Positions 1-7,741 of a DNA stretch of 64,000 bases are shown piece after piece. Source of the stretch: a virus; IMG/VR virus record IMGVR_UViG_3300043410_000542, positions 1 to 64,000 of that record. One strand, 5' to 3'. Every line of letters begins with the position of its first letter. Position 1 is the first letter of the stretch. The notes beneath the pieces are model-generated. The model searched no databases, had not been told where the DNA came from, and worked only from the letters and a program-made list of their open reading frames with translations. Position numbers and translations under genes: made by a program.

Positions 1-246
1 CTATGTAAAGAAATTGTTTTGCCTATGTTTGCTACAAAACCTAAATATCAATTCAGCCGTGCCAAATGGTACGAGGGTAAGTTTGACTGGCGCAAGTATG
101 AAGAGGTACATAACTGGTGTGAGCAACACTTTGGTAAGCATCCCAAGAGACCAGATGCTTGGTCACGCTGGAATCACATGTATGAAGATATGATTCTTTT
201 CCGTGATGAAAAAGATTACATGATGTTTGTATTGAGGTGGTCGTGA
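1..246 (+). CDS. LRW-array small protein 1 (frame open from position 1, probably 5'-partial)
   Basis: Ends FRDEKDYMMFVLRWS; internal WCEQHFG..W motif; no stop in frame back to base 1. Confidence 0.8.
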   Translation, partial: LCKEIVLPMFATKPKYQFSRAKWYEGKFDWRKYEEVHNWCEQHFGKHPKRPDAWSRWNHMYEDMILFRDEKDYMMFVLRWS

Positions 247-455
247 GATTAGAAAATGATTTAGACGGACTGCTCGTAAAAGAGCGTGTTAAATTTCATT
301 ATAAAGAAATACCATGGACCCAATTGCTTGAAATATCAGCATGGTGCGATAAACAGTTTGGTAAAAATAATTGGGGTTTTGACACGGGACATGTTGTATT
401 CAACGGTCGTTGTCCTGAAGGTAGCTCTACAATGTTTGTGTTGAGATGGTCATGA
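243..455 (+). CDS. LRW-array small protein 2
   Basis: GTG start overlaps upstream stop (GTGA) after GAGGTG; WCDKQFG..W; ends MFVLRWS. Confidence 0.8.
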   Translation: MRLENDLDGLLVKERVKFHYKEIPWTQLLEISAWCDKQFGKNNWGFDTGHVVFNGRCPEGSSTMFVLRWS

Positions 456-688
456 AAGTTGAAATTATATTTGATCCAGGGAAATATCCCTATCGTGCTG
501 AAATCAAATGGCATTCCTCTACTGATTGGAACTCAACTGAGGCATACGATTGGTGCGAGAGAAACTTTGGTCACAGAAATGCCAAGTATGAAAATCCTCG
601 CTGGTATGCTAACACTAGATACTTCACCGGTAACTTCAGGTTTCGTGACAAAAAAGATGCTGAATGGTTCTTATTGAGGTGGGGATGA
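452..688 (+). CDS. LRW-array small protein 3
   Basis: ATGA overlap; WCERNFG..W; ends FRDKKDAEWFLLRWG. Confidence 0.85.
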   Translation: MKVEIIFDPGKYPYRAEIKWHSSTDWNSTEAYDWCERNFGHRNAKYENPRWYANTRYFTGNFRFRDKKDAEWFLLRWG

Positions 689-942
689 GAGTGGAGTTTA
701 ATCAAGGCGTACCCGCAGGATGTAAGCAATGGCTTTGGGATAACGTCGGACCCGGGAATATAACATTGACTAGACCTGGTATCATTGATGCGGAGGATAG
801 TCCCGAGTATGCTTGGTTCTTTGAGCGTATTAAGAAACCAACAACCCCGGAATCGTTTTATGACGACCCGTTTTATTTTGTCCCTACTATCACAGTTAAA
901 GACCCGAAGATGGCGATGGTATTTGCGTTGAGGTGGCAATGA
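685..942 (+). CDS. LRW-array small protein 4
   Basis: ATGA overlap after GAGGTG; WLWDNVG; ends DPKMAMVFALRWQ. Confidence 0.85.
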   Translation: MRVEFNQGVPAGCKQWLWDNVGPGNITLTRPGIIDAEDSPEYAWFFERIKKPTTPESFYDDPFYFVPTITVKDPKMAMVFALRWQ

Positions 943-1136
943 AACAATATGGAATAGCCATTGAGAGTTGGCCGGCTACACGTAAAGTAGATGTTAAGTG
1001 GTGGCTGCTTGAAAACTTTGGACCCGAAGACTCTCCGACACAAAAGGGACGTTGGGGTTGTGCGTATGACTATGGGCTGGATAATATCTACATGGATGAA
1101 GATGTTTTTATAATGTATCAATTGAGGTGGGGATGA
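939..1136 (+). CDS. LRW-array small protein 5
   Basis: ATGA overlap; WLLENFG..RW; ends DEDVFIMYQLRWG. Confidence 0.85.
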   Translation: MKQYGIAIESWPATRKVDVKWWLLENFGPEDSPTQKGRWGCAYDYGLDNIYMDEDVFIMYQLRWG

Positions 1137-1381
1137 TGGATTTAGAACTTGTAAAAAAGATTGTAGTCAGACAAGGGCAGAATGAATTTCTGAAAAACCC
1201 CATCGTATGTCCACCCGAAGCAAAAGTTGTCACTGGTATAATGAAGGAGGATGCTTACTTACATTTTTTAGAAACCAAATGCGGCGTGGAGATTCTGTTG
1301 TCAGAATATCATCACGAGATAGTTGGGTACAATGTTCTTGATGAAAAGAAGTTTTCTTGGTTTGTGTTGAAGTGGGCATGA
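1133..1381 (+). CDS. LRW-array small protein 6
   Basis: ATGA overlap; ends DEKKFSWFVLKWA. Confidence 0.85.
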   Translation: MMDLELVKKIVVRQGQNEFLKNPIVCPPEAKVVTGIMKEDAYLHFLETKCGVEILLSEYHHEIVGYNVLDEKKFSWFVLKWA

Positions 1382-1545
1382 AGTTCTTTCGTAAAGTTAA
1401 GCTAGCCGAAGCATACGCTAGGGTAGAGTGGTGTAAAACAACTTTGGGCAAAGAAGTTAAAGGTGGTAACTGGTGGCGATACAAAGGACATCTTTACTTT
1501 ACAGATGAAAAGTGTTATACTTGGTATATATTGAGGTGGTTATGA
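1378..1545 (+). CDS. LRW-array small protein 7
   Basis: ATGA overlap; WCKTTLG..WW; ends FTDEKCYTWYILRWL. Confidence 0.85.
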   Translation: MKFFRKVKLAEAYARVEWCKTTLGKEVKGGNWWRYKGHLYFTDEKCYTWYILRWL

Positions 1546-1802
1546 GAGAACCTTATTTTGTTAGAGAAAGATACATCGTTCCTGTAGGCAGACTGTGGGC
1601 TGACCCTTGGCCTGACTACTTTAATAATTTTTGGGCACACTGTGGTTATGTTGCTGATGTGAATAACTGGAAACAAATCACAGTCGCTAATTATGAACTT
1701 AAACTATTAGGTGGTAAACTGATTCAAACTAGCACACAGGGTTGGTACTTGCGTTGGGATGATGAAAAGAGTCACACATTTTTTGTATTGAAGTGGTCAT
1801 GA
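1542..1802 (+). CDS. LRW-array small protein 8
   Basis: ATGA overlap; ends WDDEKSHTFFVLKWS. Confidence 0.85.
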   Translation: MREPYFVRERYIVPVGRLWADPWPDYFNNFWAHCGYVADVNNWKQITVANYELKLLGGKLIQTSTQGWYLRWDDEKSHTFFVLKWS

Positions 1803-2011
1803 AAATTATCAAATGGTATGAGCCAACTTTCAAGCCAATCATACAATTGATTGCGAAAGAAGCAAAAGAGTCAAAGTGGGGCAACAGTGAAGGTATGCGT
1901 GTGATTGCCAAACACAAGTTCGGACTTAAGATTAGTAAGGCTTCAGGTGATTGGCATAGAATCGTTGTATTAGATGAACAGAAGTATGCTTGGATGATGC
2001 TGAAACTATGA
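1799..2011 (+). CDS. LRW-array small protein 9 (variant end LKL)
   Basis: ATGA overlap; ends DEQKYAWMMLKL. Confidence 0.8.
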   Translation: MKIIKWYEPTFKPIIQLIAKEAKESKWGNSEGMRVIAKHKFGLKISKASGDWHRIVVLDEQKYAWMMLKL

Positions 2012-2289
2012 TACAATGGAATCGTAGCATAGGCTATAACATTGATAGACATAAAGCGAAAAAGATGGATTACCATATTATTACAGACGGAGCAGACTGC
2101 TACCCCTGGCACGAATACTTTGCTATTCTTCCTAGAAAGACAGTCACAGGTAAACGTATCTTCTGGGAGAAAGCATACAAACGCAAAGTGTGGGTAGTGT
2201 GGGGCACAGGGTTTCATATGGAACCTGAAACCCAGTACGCAACTATATTTGATTTATTGACTTATGAAAATACTAAACCTAAGACTTAA
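2008..2289 (+). CDS. hypothetical protein inside the array (no LRW motif)
   Basis: ATGA overlap; ORF with WHEYFAILPRKTVTGKRIFW. Confidence 0.7.
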   Translation: MIQWNRSIGYNIDRHKAKKMDYHIITDGADCYPWHEYFAILPRKTVTGKRIFWEKAYKRKVWVVWGTGFHMEPETQYATIFDLLTYENTKPKT

Positions 2290-2722
2290 GGCACGCTGGC
2301 GCAAGTATCTTGCTGACCGCAAGTTAGCAAAGAGTGGCTATAGTTCATGGCGTGTGTATAGACATTGCCGTGATGTTGATGTTATGCGTCATGCTGACAA
2401 AGTAAGTGATTTCTATTGGAAGTACAAGCATGTATTCGTGTGTGGTGGAAGTCCATCATCACACTATGCTTACAGCGTAGCACGTGATTACGGTCCTGCT
2501 GGGTTAGTGTTCGGCTACGAACTTATGAGAGACTGGTGTGAAACTAAATGCAGATTCAAGTATCGTGTTGACATTCACAGAGTATTGAAACAAACAGGTC
2601 TGGGTATTAACGGTGAAGAATATCCTGAATGGTACTTCAATGATATCGGTGGCACAGACCTAGTGTTCTTTGCTTTTATGAACGAACAAGATTATATTCA
2701 TTTTATGTTGAGGTGGGGATGA
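2264..2722 (+). CDS. LRW-array protein with N-terminal extension
   Basis: DWCETKC; ends FMNEQDYIHFMLRWG. Confidence 0.85.
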   Translation: MKILNLRLKARWRKYLADRKLAKSGYSSWRVYRHCRDVDVMRHADKVSDFYWKYKHVFVCGGSPSSHYAYSVARDYGPAGLVFGYELMRDWCETKCRFKYRVDIHRVLKQTGLGINGEEYPEWYFNDIGGTDLVFFAFMNEQDYIHFMLRWG

Positions 2723-2967
2723 GTAGTTTTAAGCACAAATCAGAACGCTACTATGGTAGCAAACATCAAGTACACACTGTATCTTGGAAGGGTCAAGGTG
2801 AAGTTGACGGAGATGCGATACGTGAGTGGTGCATTAGTAAGTTTGGACCAGCTGGATATCGTGAAGACCTAGGTGAGACTATATGGTTGGATGACATTAC
2901 CGGAAACGGTGAAATCTTCTTGTGTAAAGATGAATACTTGACTATGTTCTTATTGAGGTGGGATTGA
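2719..2967 (+). CDS. LRW-array small protein
   Basis: ATGA overlap; EWCISKFG..W; ends KDEYLTMFLLRWD. Confidence 0.85.
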   Translation: MSSFKHKSERYYGSKHQVHTVSWKGQGEVDGDAIREWCISKFGPAGYREDLGETIWLDDITGNGEIFLCKDEYLTMFLLRWD

Positions 2968-3245
2968 TGGAATACTTTTATGGTGGTGGCGGCAATAGTC
3001 GCCCGGTCTTCATATACAGATTCAAGGTTGATCCTTGTACTACTAAAATGTACCAGTGGGCCCAAGCATACCCAGAGAAAGGACCCTTCAGTCGTTTCCA
3101 TGTTGAATGGCGTTCAGTGTACAGCAAAATGGATTACCCGCTAGACTATGATATTATACAGTTTGAACATAGTGAAGCCGCTAAAGTATTCAGAATCGCA
3201 TTCGCCGGTGAGTATGAAGAAACCACCATGAAAGAATACAGATGA
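2967..3245 (+). CDS. array protein, degenerate LRW-like helix (FEHSEAAKVFRIAF)
   Basis: TGATG overlap after GAGGTG. Confidence 0.75.
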   Translation: MEYFYGGGGNSRPVFIYRFKVDPCTTKMYQWAQAYPEKGPFSRFHVEWRSVYSKMDYPLDYDIIQFEHSEAAKVFRIAFAGEYEETTMKEYR

Positions 3246-3424
3246 TTGAATGGAAAGTAGTTTATCGTGATATGGCAGCTAGTCAATGGGATGAAAAAGT
3301 TAAATGGTGTGCCAACAACCTCTATAACGGTGGACACTATGAACCGAACTGGCAGACGCAGTATCCATTCATTATCTTTACAGATGAAAAAGAGTTTGCT
3401 TGGTTTAAGCTGAGATGGGAATGA
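3242..3424 (+). CDS. LRW-array small protein
   Basis: ATGA overlap; KWCANNL..W; ends FTDEKEFAWFKLRWE. Confidence 0.85.
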   Translation: MIEWKVVYRDMAASQWDEKVKWCANNLYNGGHYEPNWQTQYPFIIFTDEKEFAWFKLRWE

Positions 3425-3627
3425 TTGTTGTTGGTATATACGTCACTGAGGATTTTCACATAGATAATGCGATTGATTGGGTGATAGCAAACTGTGAAAG
3501 TTTTGACAAGTACCAATTGATGGAACTTGATTTTGAAGAACGACAAGAACGAGATTGCTGGTTTAGACTAGATATGTATTTCAAAGAAGAAAAAGATGCG
3601 ATGATGTATAAGTTGAGGTGGGAATAA
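3421..3627 (+). CDS. LRW-array small protein
   Basis: ATGA overlap; ends FKEEKDAMMYKLRWE. Confidence 0.85.
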   Translation: MIVVGIYVTEDFHIDNAIDWVIANCESFDKYQLMELDFEERQERDCWFRLDMYFKEEKDAMMYKLRWE

Positions 3628-3974
3628 TGTTTGAAGAAGTTAATAAATGGTTTAAAATATTTGGTAAAGACATAGGAGAAAAGATGGTTCACAAAGCAGT
3701 GAGCCCGGGCGACCAATTCAGCGTATTTCAAATCAAAAATGGAATGGTTGGATTCAAGCCTTTCCTAATTATTGAGAATCAAAACGAAACTGTGTTATAC
3801 TCTAATCAACATTGCGTAGCAGTTGATGTGCGCCCGGAAGTCGAACAGTGGGTACTTGAACAGCCCATTCACATGTGGAAGTATGCAGAAGAAATTGATG
3901 ATTGTCATCACGGTATGACAAGATTGCTAGTAGATAGAGAATTATTAACTTGGATGACATTGAAATGGATTTGA
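3627..3974 (+). CDS. LRW-array protein
   Basis: TAATG overlap; ends DRELLTWMTLKWI. Confidence 0.8.
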   Translation: MFEEVNKWFKIFGKDIGEKMVHKAVSPGDQFSVFQIKNGMVGFKPFLIIENQNETVLYSNQHCVAVDVRPEVEQWVLEQPIHMWKYAEEIDDCHHGMTRLLVDRELLTWMTLKWI

Positions 3975-4402
3975 ATAGCCTGTCAGATAACGAATTGATT
4001 GATTATATCATTAAGCATGATACAGATCCTGTTAGGGTTCGTCTTGCCACTCACATGCAACGAGTAGCCGGTTCAATCATTGATGGATTAGTTGATGTTG
4101 GTATGGATGATACATGGTGTACGTTTAGAAGTGAGGTTAATGGTGCTAACTATCACCCTGGACAATATATCAACCACCTTGAGAATGAGGTTGAATATCT
4201 CAATGACAAACTAAGTGATGCGCTCAAAGAAATCAAAGACCTTCAAGCACGGACTATCATGGACTTTATCGGTGAACTCAAACAAGAGATTAAGACCGTA
4301 GAGTGGTGTCGTGATGAGGCTTACAGAGACAGAGACAAAGCACAAGAGAATGAAAAGATTATGAAAAGTAAACTTGACATGTGGGCAGTGTTGAACCGAT
4401 GA
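3965..4402 (+). CDS. hypothetical coiled-coil protein inside the array
   Basis: ATG lies within the upstream KW codons; heptad-rich C-terminal half; no LRW motif. Confidence 0.7.
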   Translation: MDLNSLSDNELIDYIIKHDTDPVRVRLATHMQRVAGSIIDGLVDVGMDDTWCTFRSEVNGANYHPGQYINHLENEVEYLNDKLSDALKEIKDLQARTIMDFIGELKQEIKTVEWCRDEAYRDRDKAQENEKIMKSKLDMWAVLNR

Positions 4403-4623
4403 ACACTAAAGTGGCAAGTTTTTTAGAACGTTGGTATGAAGAAGCAGAACTTAATGACAAGTACTGGCCCTATCAGTTCACAGTCAAAGACTGGCAGCGC
4501 ATTCGTGAAACTGAACGATTCTGTTATACGAACTTTAAGAGCAAGAACTGGCGCAATCGTGGAAGATACTTTGGATTCAAACGCAAAGAAGACTATGAGT
4601 GGTTTGTATTGAGGTGGGGATGA
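4399..4623 (+). CDS. LRW-array small protein
   Basis: ATGA overlap; FCYTNF..NW; ends FKRKEDYEWFVLRWG. Confidence 0.85.
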   Translation: MNTKVASFLERWYEEAELNDKYWPYQFTVKDWQRIRETERFCYTNFKSKNWRNRGRYFGFKRKEDYEWFVLRWG

Positions 4624-4877
4624 AAACTAAAGAAGAAGAAATGATGGACATCATGGCTGAAGAAATTCGCAAAGAGATTGATGAGGGTATTATTTCAAAC
4701 ATACTAGTTGAGTCTGGTTGGACACCTGTAAAATTTTATTTTAAGAACGGTCCTCAAGCGACTGATATACAGATTTGGTTAGCCGGGACATGCACCGGAG
4801 ATTATCGTAGATTGGGTAGTGACTACGTGTTTGAAAACAAACAAGACGCTGAATGGTTTATGCTACGATGGCTTTAA
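4620..4877 (+). CDS. LRW-array small protein
   Basis: ATGA overlap; ends FENKQDAEWFMLRWL. Confidence 0.85.
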   Translation: MKTKEEEMMDIMAEEIRKEIDEGIISNILVESGWTPVKFYFKNGPQATDIQIWLAGTCTGDYRRLGSDYVFENKQDAEWFMLRWL

Positions 4878-5134
4878 CGTTCAAAATAGATGAGGGTAGA
4901 GTATACGGAGCACGATACTACACGGCCGAACCTCACTGTGATGATTGGAATGAAGCAGTCCCGTGGTATTTACTACAAGACTGGGTAGAAGAAATGTATG
5001 GAGAGAGTAAAGGTTCTATCTGGTTTGACAGAAATAAAGCCCCCGAACCCGGTGAAAGATGGTATGTGAACAATGCGAAATTTTGGTTTCGCAACAAAGA
5101 AGATTTGGAATGGTTTTTACTAAGATGGCAGTAA
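4868..5134 (+). CDS. LRW-array small protein
   Basis: ATG within upstream RW codons; WVEEMYG..RWY; ends FRNKEDLEWFLLRWQ. Confidence 0.85.
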   Translation: MALTFKIDEGRVYGARYYTAEPHCDDWNEAVPWYLLQDWVEEMYGESKGSIWFDRNKAPEPGERWYVNNAKFWFRNKEDLEWFLLRWQ

Positions 5135-5373
5135 CGATTAAACTCAAACAACTGTACGGTGAACAAGAAAACTGGCTTGCTAAGAATGTAGGACCAAGAA
5201 TGCACTACCTTCACAATTCAATAGGTGGTCAGGGTTGGATCGCAAAGAAAGGTTCAGAAGAAGTAGAAATGGAAGGTCATGGTGGGACATACAGGGGTCA
5301 TATAACAGTTTGGAATCTAACATTTGCAGAAGATAAGTATGCTACTTGGTTTAGGATAATGTTTCCAGAATGA
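5125..5373 (+). CDS. array protein, degenerate end (FAEDKYATWFRIMFPE)
   Basis: WLAKNVG motif like member 4; ATG within upstream RW codons. Confidence 0.8.
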   Translation: MAVTIKLKQLYGEQENWLAKNVGPRMHYLHNSIGGQGWIAKKGSEEVEMEGHGGTYRGHITVWNLTFAEDKYATWFRIMFPE

Positions 5374-5588
5374 TAGAAGTCAAAATCATAGATATGTTGC
5401 CAAACGAGATTATGGACATAGTCAAAGAACTAAGAAAAAGTGGGCATGTTCAGGGCACAGACTTTGACTTTGAATATCACAAGCCCGAATACGATGACTT
5501 TAGTTACGAACCAGTGTATAATAGATATACAATCTTCAAGTTTTACAAAGAAGAATTAGCGACTTGGTTCGCATTGAGGTATCAGTAA
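5370..5588 (+). CDS. LRW-array small protein (variant LRY)
   Basis: ATGA overlap; ends FYKEELATWFALRYQ. Confidence 0.85.
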   Translation: MIEVKIIDMLPNEIMDIVKELRKSGHVQGTDFDFEYHKPEYDDFSYEPVYNRYTIFKFYKEELATWFALRYQ

Positions 5589-5875
5589 TGGCAGTATCAA
5601 GAGTAGGTGGGTTAAGCACAGGTACATTTACGACATACACTAGTATGTCTAAACCAGTGGACGAATCAGTTTACGAAGTGAAACAGAACGGACACATCCT
5701 ACATAGAATTGACCTGAGATATAATAAAGTTGATCCTGCTGATTATATCAAATGGTGTCGTAGAAACTTGGGCAATCGACAAGAGACATGGGACTTCTGG
5801 TTAGCAGGTGGTATCTTGTACGTTGAAGTCTGGGGTGACAAGGCAAAAGTCACCTATGAAATGTGGAAGCATTAA
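5588..5875 (+). CDS. last array member, degenerate
   Basis: TAATG overlap after GAGGT; KWCRRNLG..WDF motif. Confidence 0.75.
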   Translation: MAVSRVGGLSTGTFTTYTSMSKPVDESVYEVKQNGHILHRIDLRYNKVDPADYIKWCRRNLGNRQETWDFWLAGGILYVEVWGDKAKVTYEMWKH

Positions 5876-5876
5876 C

Positions 5877-6170
5877 ATGAGTGAACTAGTAGTAATAAAC
5901 GGAATAATACAACACAAACACGCATACATGGTGTCAGGCGATTCGATTGTATTTCACACTGCACCTCCCAACCGTTCTGATGTTAGTATTCTCATGGATG
6001 ACACTAGATATGAATACATAGGAGACGGTACTACGTTCGTATTTCAAGGAACACCTTCAGGTAGAATGAAATTTAGAAAGTTCATGGAAGAAGTGTACGA
6101 GAAGAAAGATGACCCGACAGTCAAAGACGCATTAGAGAAATTGAAAATAGTAATGGAGTTAGTAAAGTAA
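5877..6170 (+). CDS. hypothetical protein with tail-fibre-like beta-repeat motifs
   Basis: VINGIIQ..YMVSGDSIVFHTAP and GDGTTFVF; ATG just after the upstream stop. Confidence 0.65.
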   Translation: MSELVVINGIIQHKHAYMVSGDSIVFHTAPPNRSDVSILMDDTRYEYIGDGTTFVFQGTPSGRMKFRKFMEEVYEKKDDPTVKDALEKLKIVMELVK

Positions 6171-6727
6171 TGGCAGATATAATGATTGACATTGAGAGTT
6201 TGGATACAGGTCCAGACTGCGTGATACTAACAATCGGTGCAGTATTGTTCGACCCTAAAGGTCAAGGAATCATCGACAAGTTAGAACTTAGACCTACGAT
6301 TGAAGAACAAACAGATGTGTTCAATCGCACAATCAATCCAGATACATTGCGCTGGTGGGGTGAACAATCAGAAGCCGCACAAGAAGAAGCACTAGGTGAC
6401 AGAGACAGAGTATCATTTAAAGAATGCATGGATACATTGTACAAATGGTGCTGGAAGTATAACAACGGCAAAGTATGGTCGAATGGTGCATCATTTGACG
6501 TTGTGGTTATGGAGTCAGCATGGCGCAATCACAATCAGATGCCACCGTGGAACTTCTGGAACATTAGAGATACTAGAACCATCTACGATATCTGCGGCGT
6601 AAGTCTCAAAGACGGTGGACATTCCACTAGCCACAAGGCTGTAGAAGATGCTGAACGTCAAGCCATTGTCGTACAGAAAGCATACATGAAATTAATCAAA
6701 GCAGAATTGGTAGCAGCACCACGATGA
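6170..6727 (+). CDS. DEDDh 3'-5' exonuclease (DnaQ superfamily)
   Basis: ExoI MIDIESL, ExoII WSNGASFDV, ExoIII HKAVEDA. Confidence 0.9.
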   Translation: MADIMIDIESLDTGPDCVILTIGAVLFDPKGQGIIDKLELRPTIEEQTDVFNRTINPDTLRWWGEQSEAAQEEALGDRDRVSFKECMDTLYKWCWKYNNGKVWSNGASFDVVVMESAWRNHNQMPPWNFWNIRDTRTIYDICGVSLKDGGHSTSHKAVEDAERQAIVVQKAYMKLIKAELVAAPR

Positions 6728-7296
6728 AATTCAATTCAGATATTGACATTGACTTCGGTAACAGGGATGATATCTTAAAACATATCAATCATATCCCTGC
6801 TGCCATGCGTAATAACACACTGAGAAAACATGCGACTGGTATCTATGTAACTGAGATTCCTAGGGATGCATTACACGACATGGCTAACATTGACTATGTG
6901 GTAGCAGAGAAGCGTGGCTATGTCAAACTAGACTTGTTAAATGTTCACGTTTATTCTCAGGTCAAAGATGAAACACATCTAGCTGAATTGATGAATCGTG
7001 AGCCTGATTGGGAAAAGCTAAAAGAAAAGAAGTTTGTGGAACAATTGATTCATTTAGCAAATCACTATCAGAGTATTAGAAAGATGCCTGAACCCATTGA
7101 TAGTATTCCTAGACTAGCAATGTTTCTTGCTGTGATTCGACCGGCAAAGAAGCATTTGATCGGCTTGCCCTGGAAAGAAGTCGCTAAAACTGTGTGGGAT
7201 AAAGATGATACAGGGTATACTTTTAAGAAAAGTCACTCTGTTAGTTATGCACATTTAGTTGCTGTGCATATGAACTTGCTTAGTTCATCCTCTTGA
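6724..7296 (+). CDS. DNA polymerase III alpha (DnaE)-like catalytic fragment, miniaturised
   Basis: SDIDIDF, KHATGIYV, GYVKLDLL, IRPAK and GYTFKKSHSVSYA occur in DnaE order. Confidence 0.85.
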   Translation: MKFNSDIDIDFGNRDDILKHINHIPAAMRNNTLRKHATGIYVTEIPRDALHDMANIDYVVAEKRGYVKLDLLNVHVYSQVKDETHLAELMNREPDWEKLKEKKFVEQLIHLANHYQSIRKMPEPIDSIPRLAMFLAVIRPAKKHLIGLPWKEVAKTVWDKDDTGYTFKKSHSVSYAHLVAVHMNLLSSSS

Positions 7297-7660
7297 CAAG
7301 CGTAATCGACTTTCGTTTACTCTTACGCTTTGCTAACTCTAGCATACTACACGCAGGACCGTGAACTACAGTTAGACTTTTGTTATTGAACGTTCTTAGA
7401 TAGGGTCTAAAGATAGCCCATTCTTCTTTTAAGAACATATTGATGGGCACTAGTCTATTGGATTCCCACCACCACGTGTCCCCTAATTCTAAGAATCTAT
7501 CACGCAATACCTGGTCTAGGATCGCACCATAGTCATATATAGTGGTAACAATGTCGTCCCTGTTTTGAACGATCCCTACATAGTCTTGCCCAGCATATGA
7601 GCAGACAGTTATGAAGGGATGATTTTTGCTAAGTCGTGCGAAGAATTCGTTGTGAATCAT
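7280..7660 (-). CDS. hypothetical protein
   Basis: ORF preceded by minus-strand late promoter GATAAATA at 7681-7688; start MIHNEFF. Confidence 0.7.
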   Translation of the reverse strand: MIHNEFFARLSKNHPFITVCSYAGQDYVGIVQNRDDIVTTIYDYGAILDQVLRDRFLELGDTWWWESNRLVPINMFLKEEWAIFRPYLRTFNNKSLTVVHGPACSMLELAKRKSKRKSITLVKRMN

Positions 7661-7680
7661 TATTTTAAAACGTCTAGGAA

Positions 7681-7724
7681 TATTTATCTTCGGGTAAAAC
7701 CCAATATAATATTTGTCATAAATA
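7681..7724. promoter_or_regulatory. Divergent pair of T4-type late promoters
   Basis: GATAAATA on - strand (7681-7688) and CATAAATA on + strand (7717-7724). Confidence 0.7.
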
Positions 7725-7741
7725 GAGTAAAGGACCTTCAA

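Larger units (their letters stand above)
232..5588 (+). repeat. Dispersed 15-nt gene-junction repeat TTGAGGTGGNNATGA
   Basis: TTGAGGTGG at 232, 674, 928, 1122, 1531, 2708, 2953, 3613, 4609; variants at 441, 1367, 1788, 3410, 3960, 4863, 5120, 5574; exact TTGAGGTGGGGATGA at 674, 1122, 2708, 4609. Confidence 0.9.

Noticed and set aside
232-5588. CRISPR array or classical integron reading of the junction repeat
   Set aside because: The repeats are only 9-20 nt, degenerate, non-palindromic and 160-900 nt apart, and lie inside coding sequence. There are no attC-like inverted repeats, cas operon or integrase in the window.
237-5808. Longer starts given by the ORF track (MVV, MVM, MGM etc.)
   Set aside because: These arise from GTG/ATG inside the upstream LRW codons; the SD-spaced, stop-overlapping ATG a few codons later is the better start.
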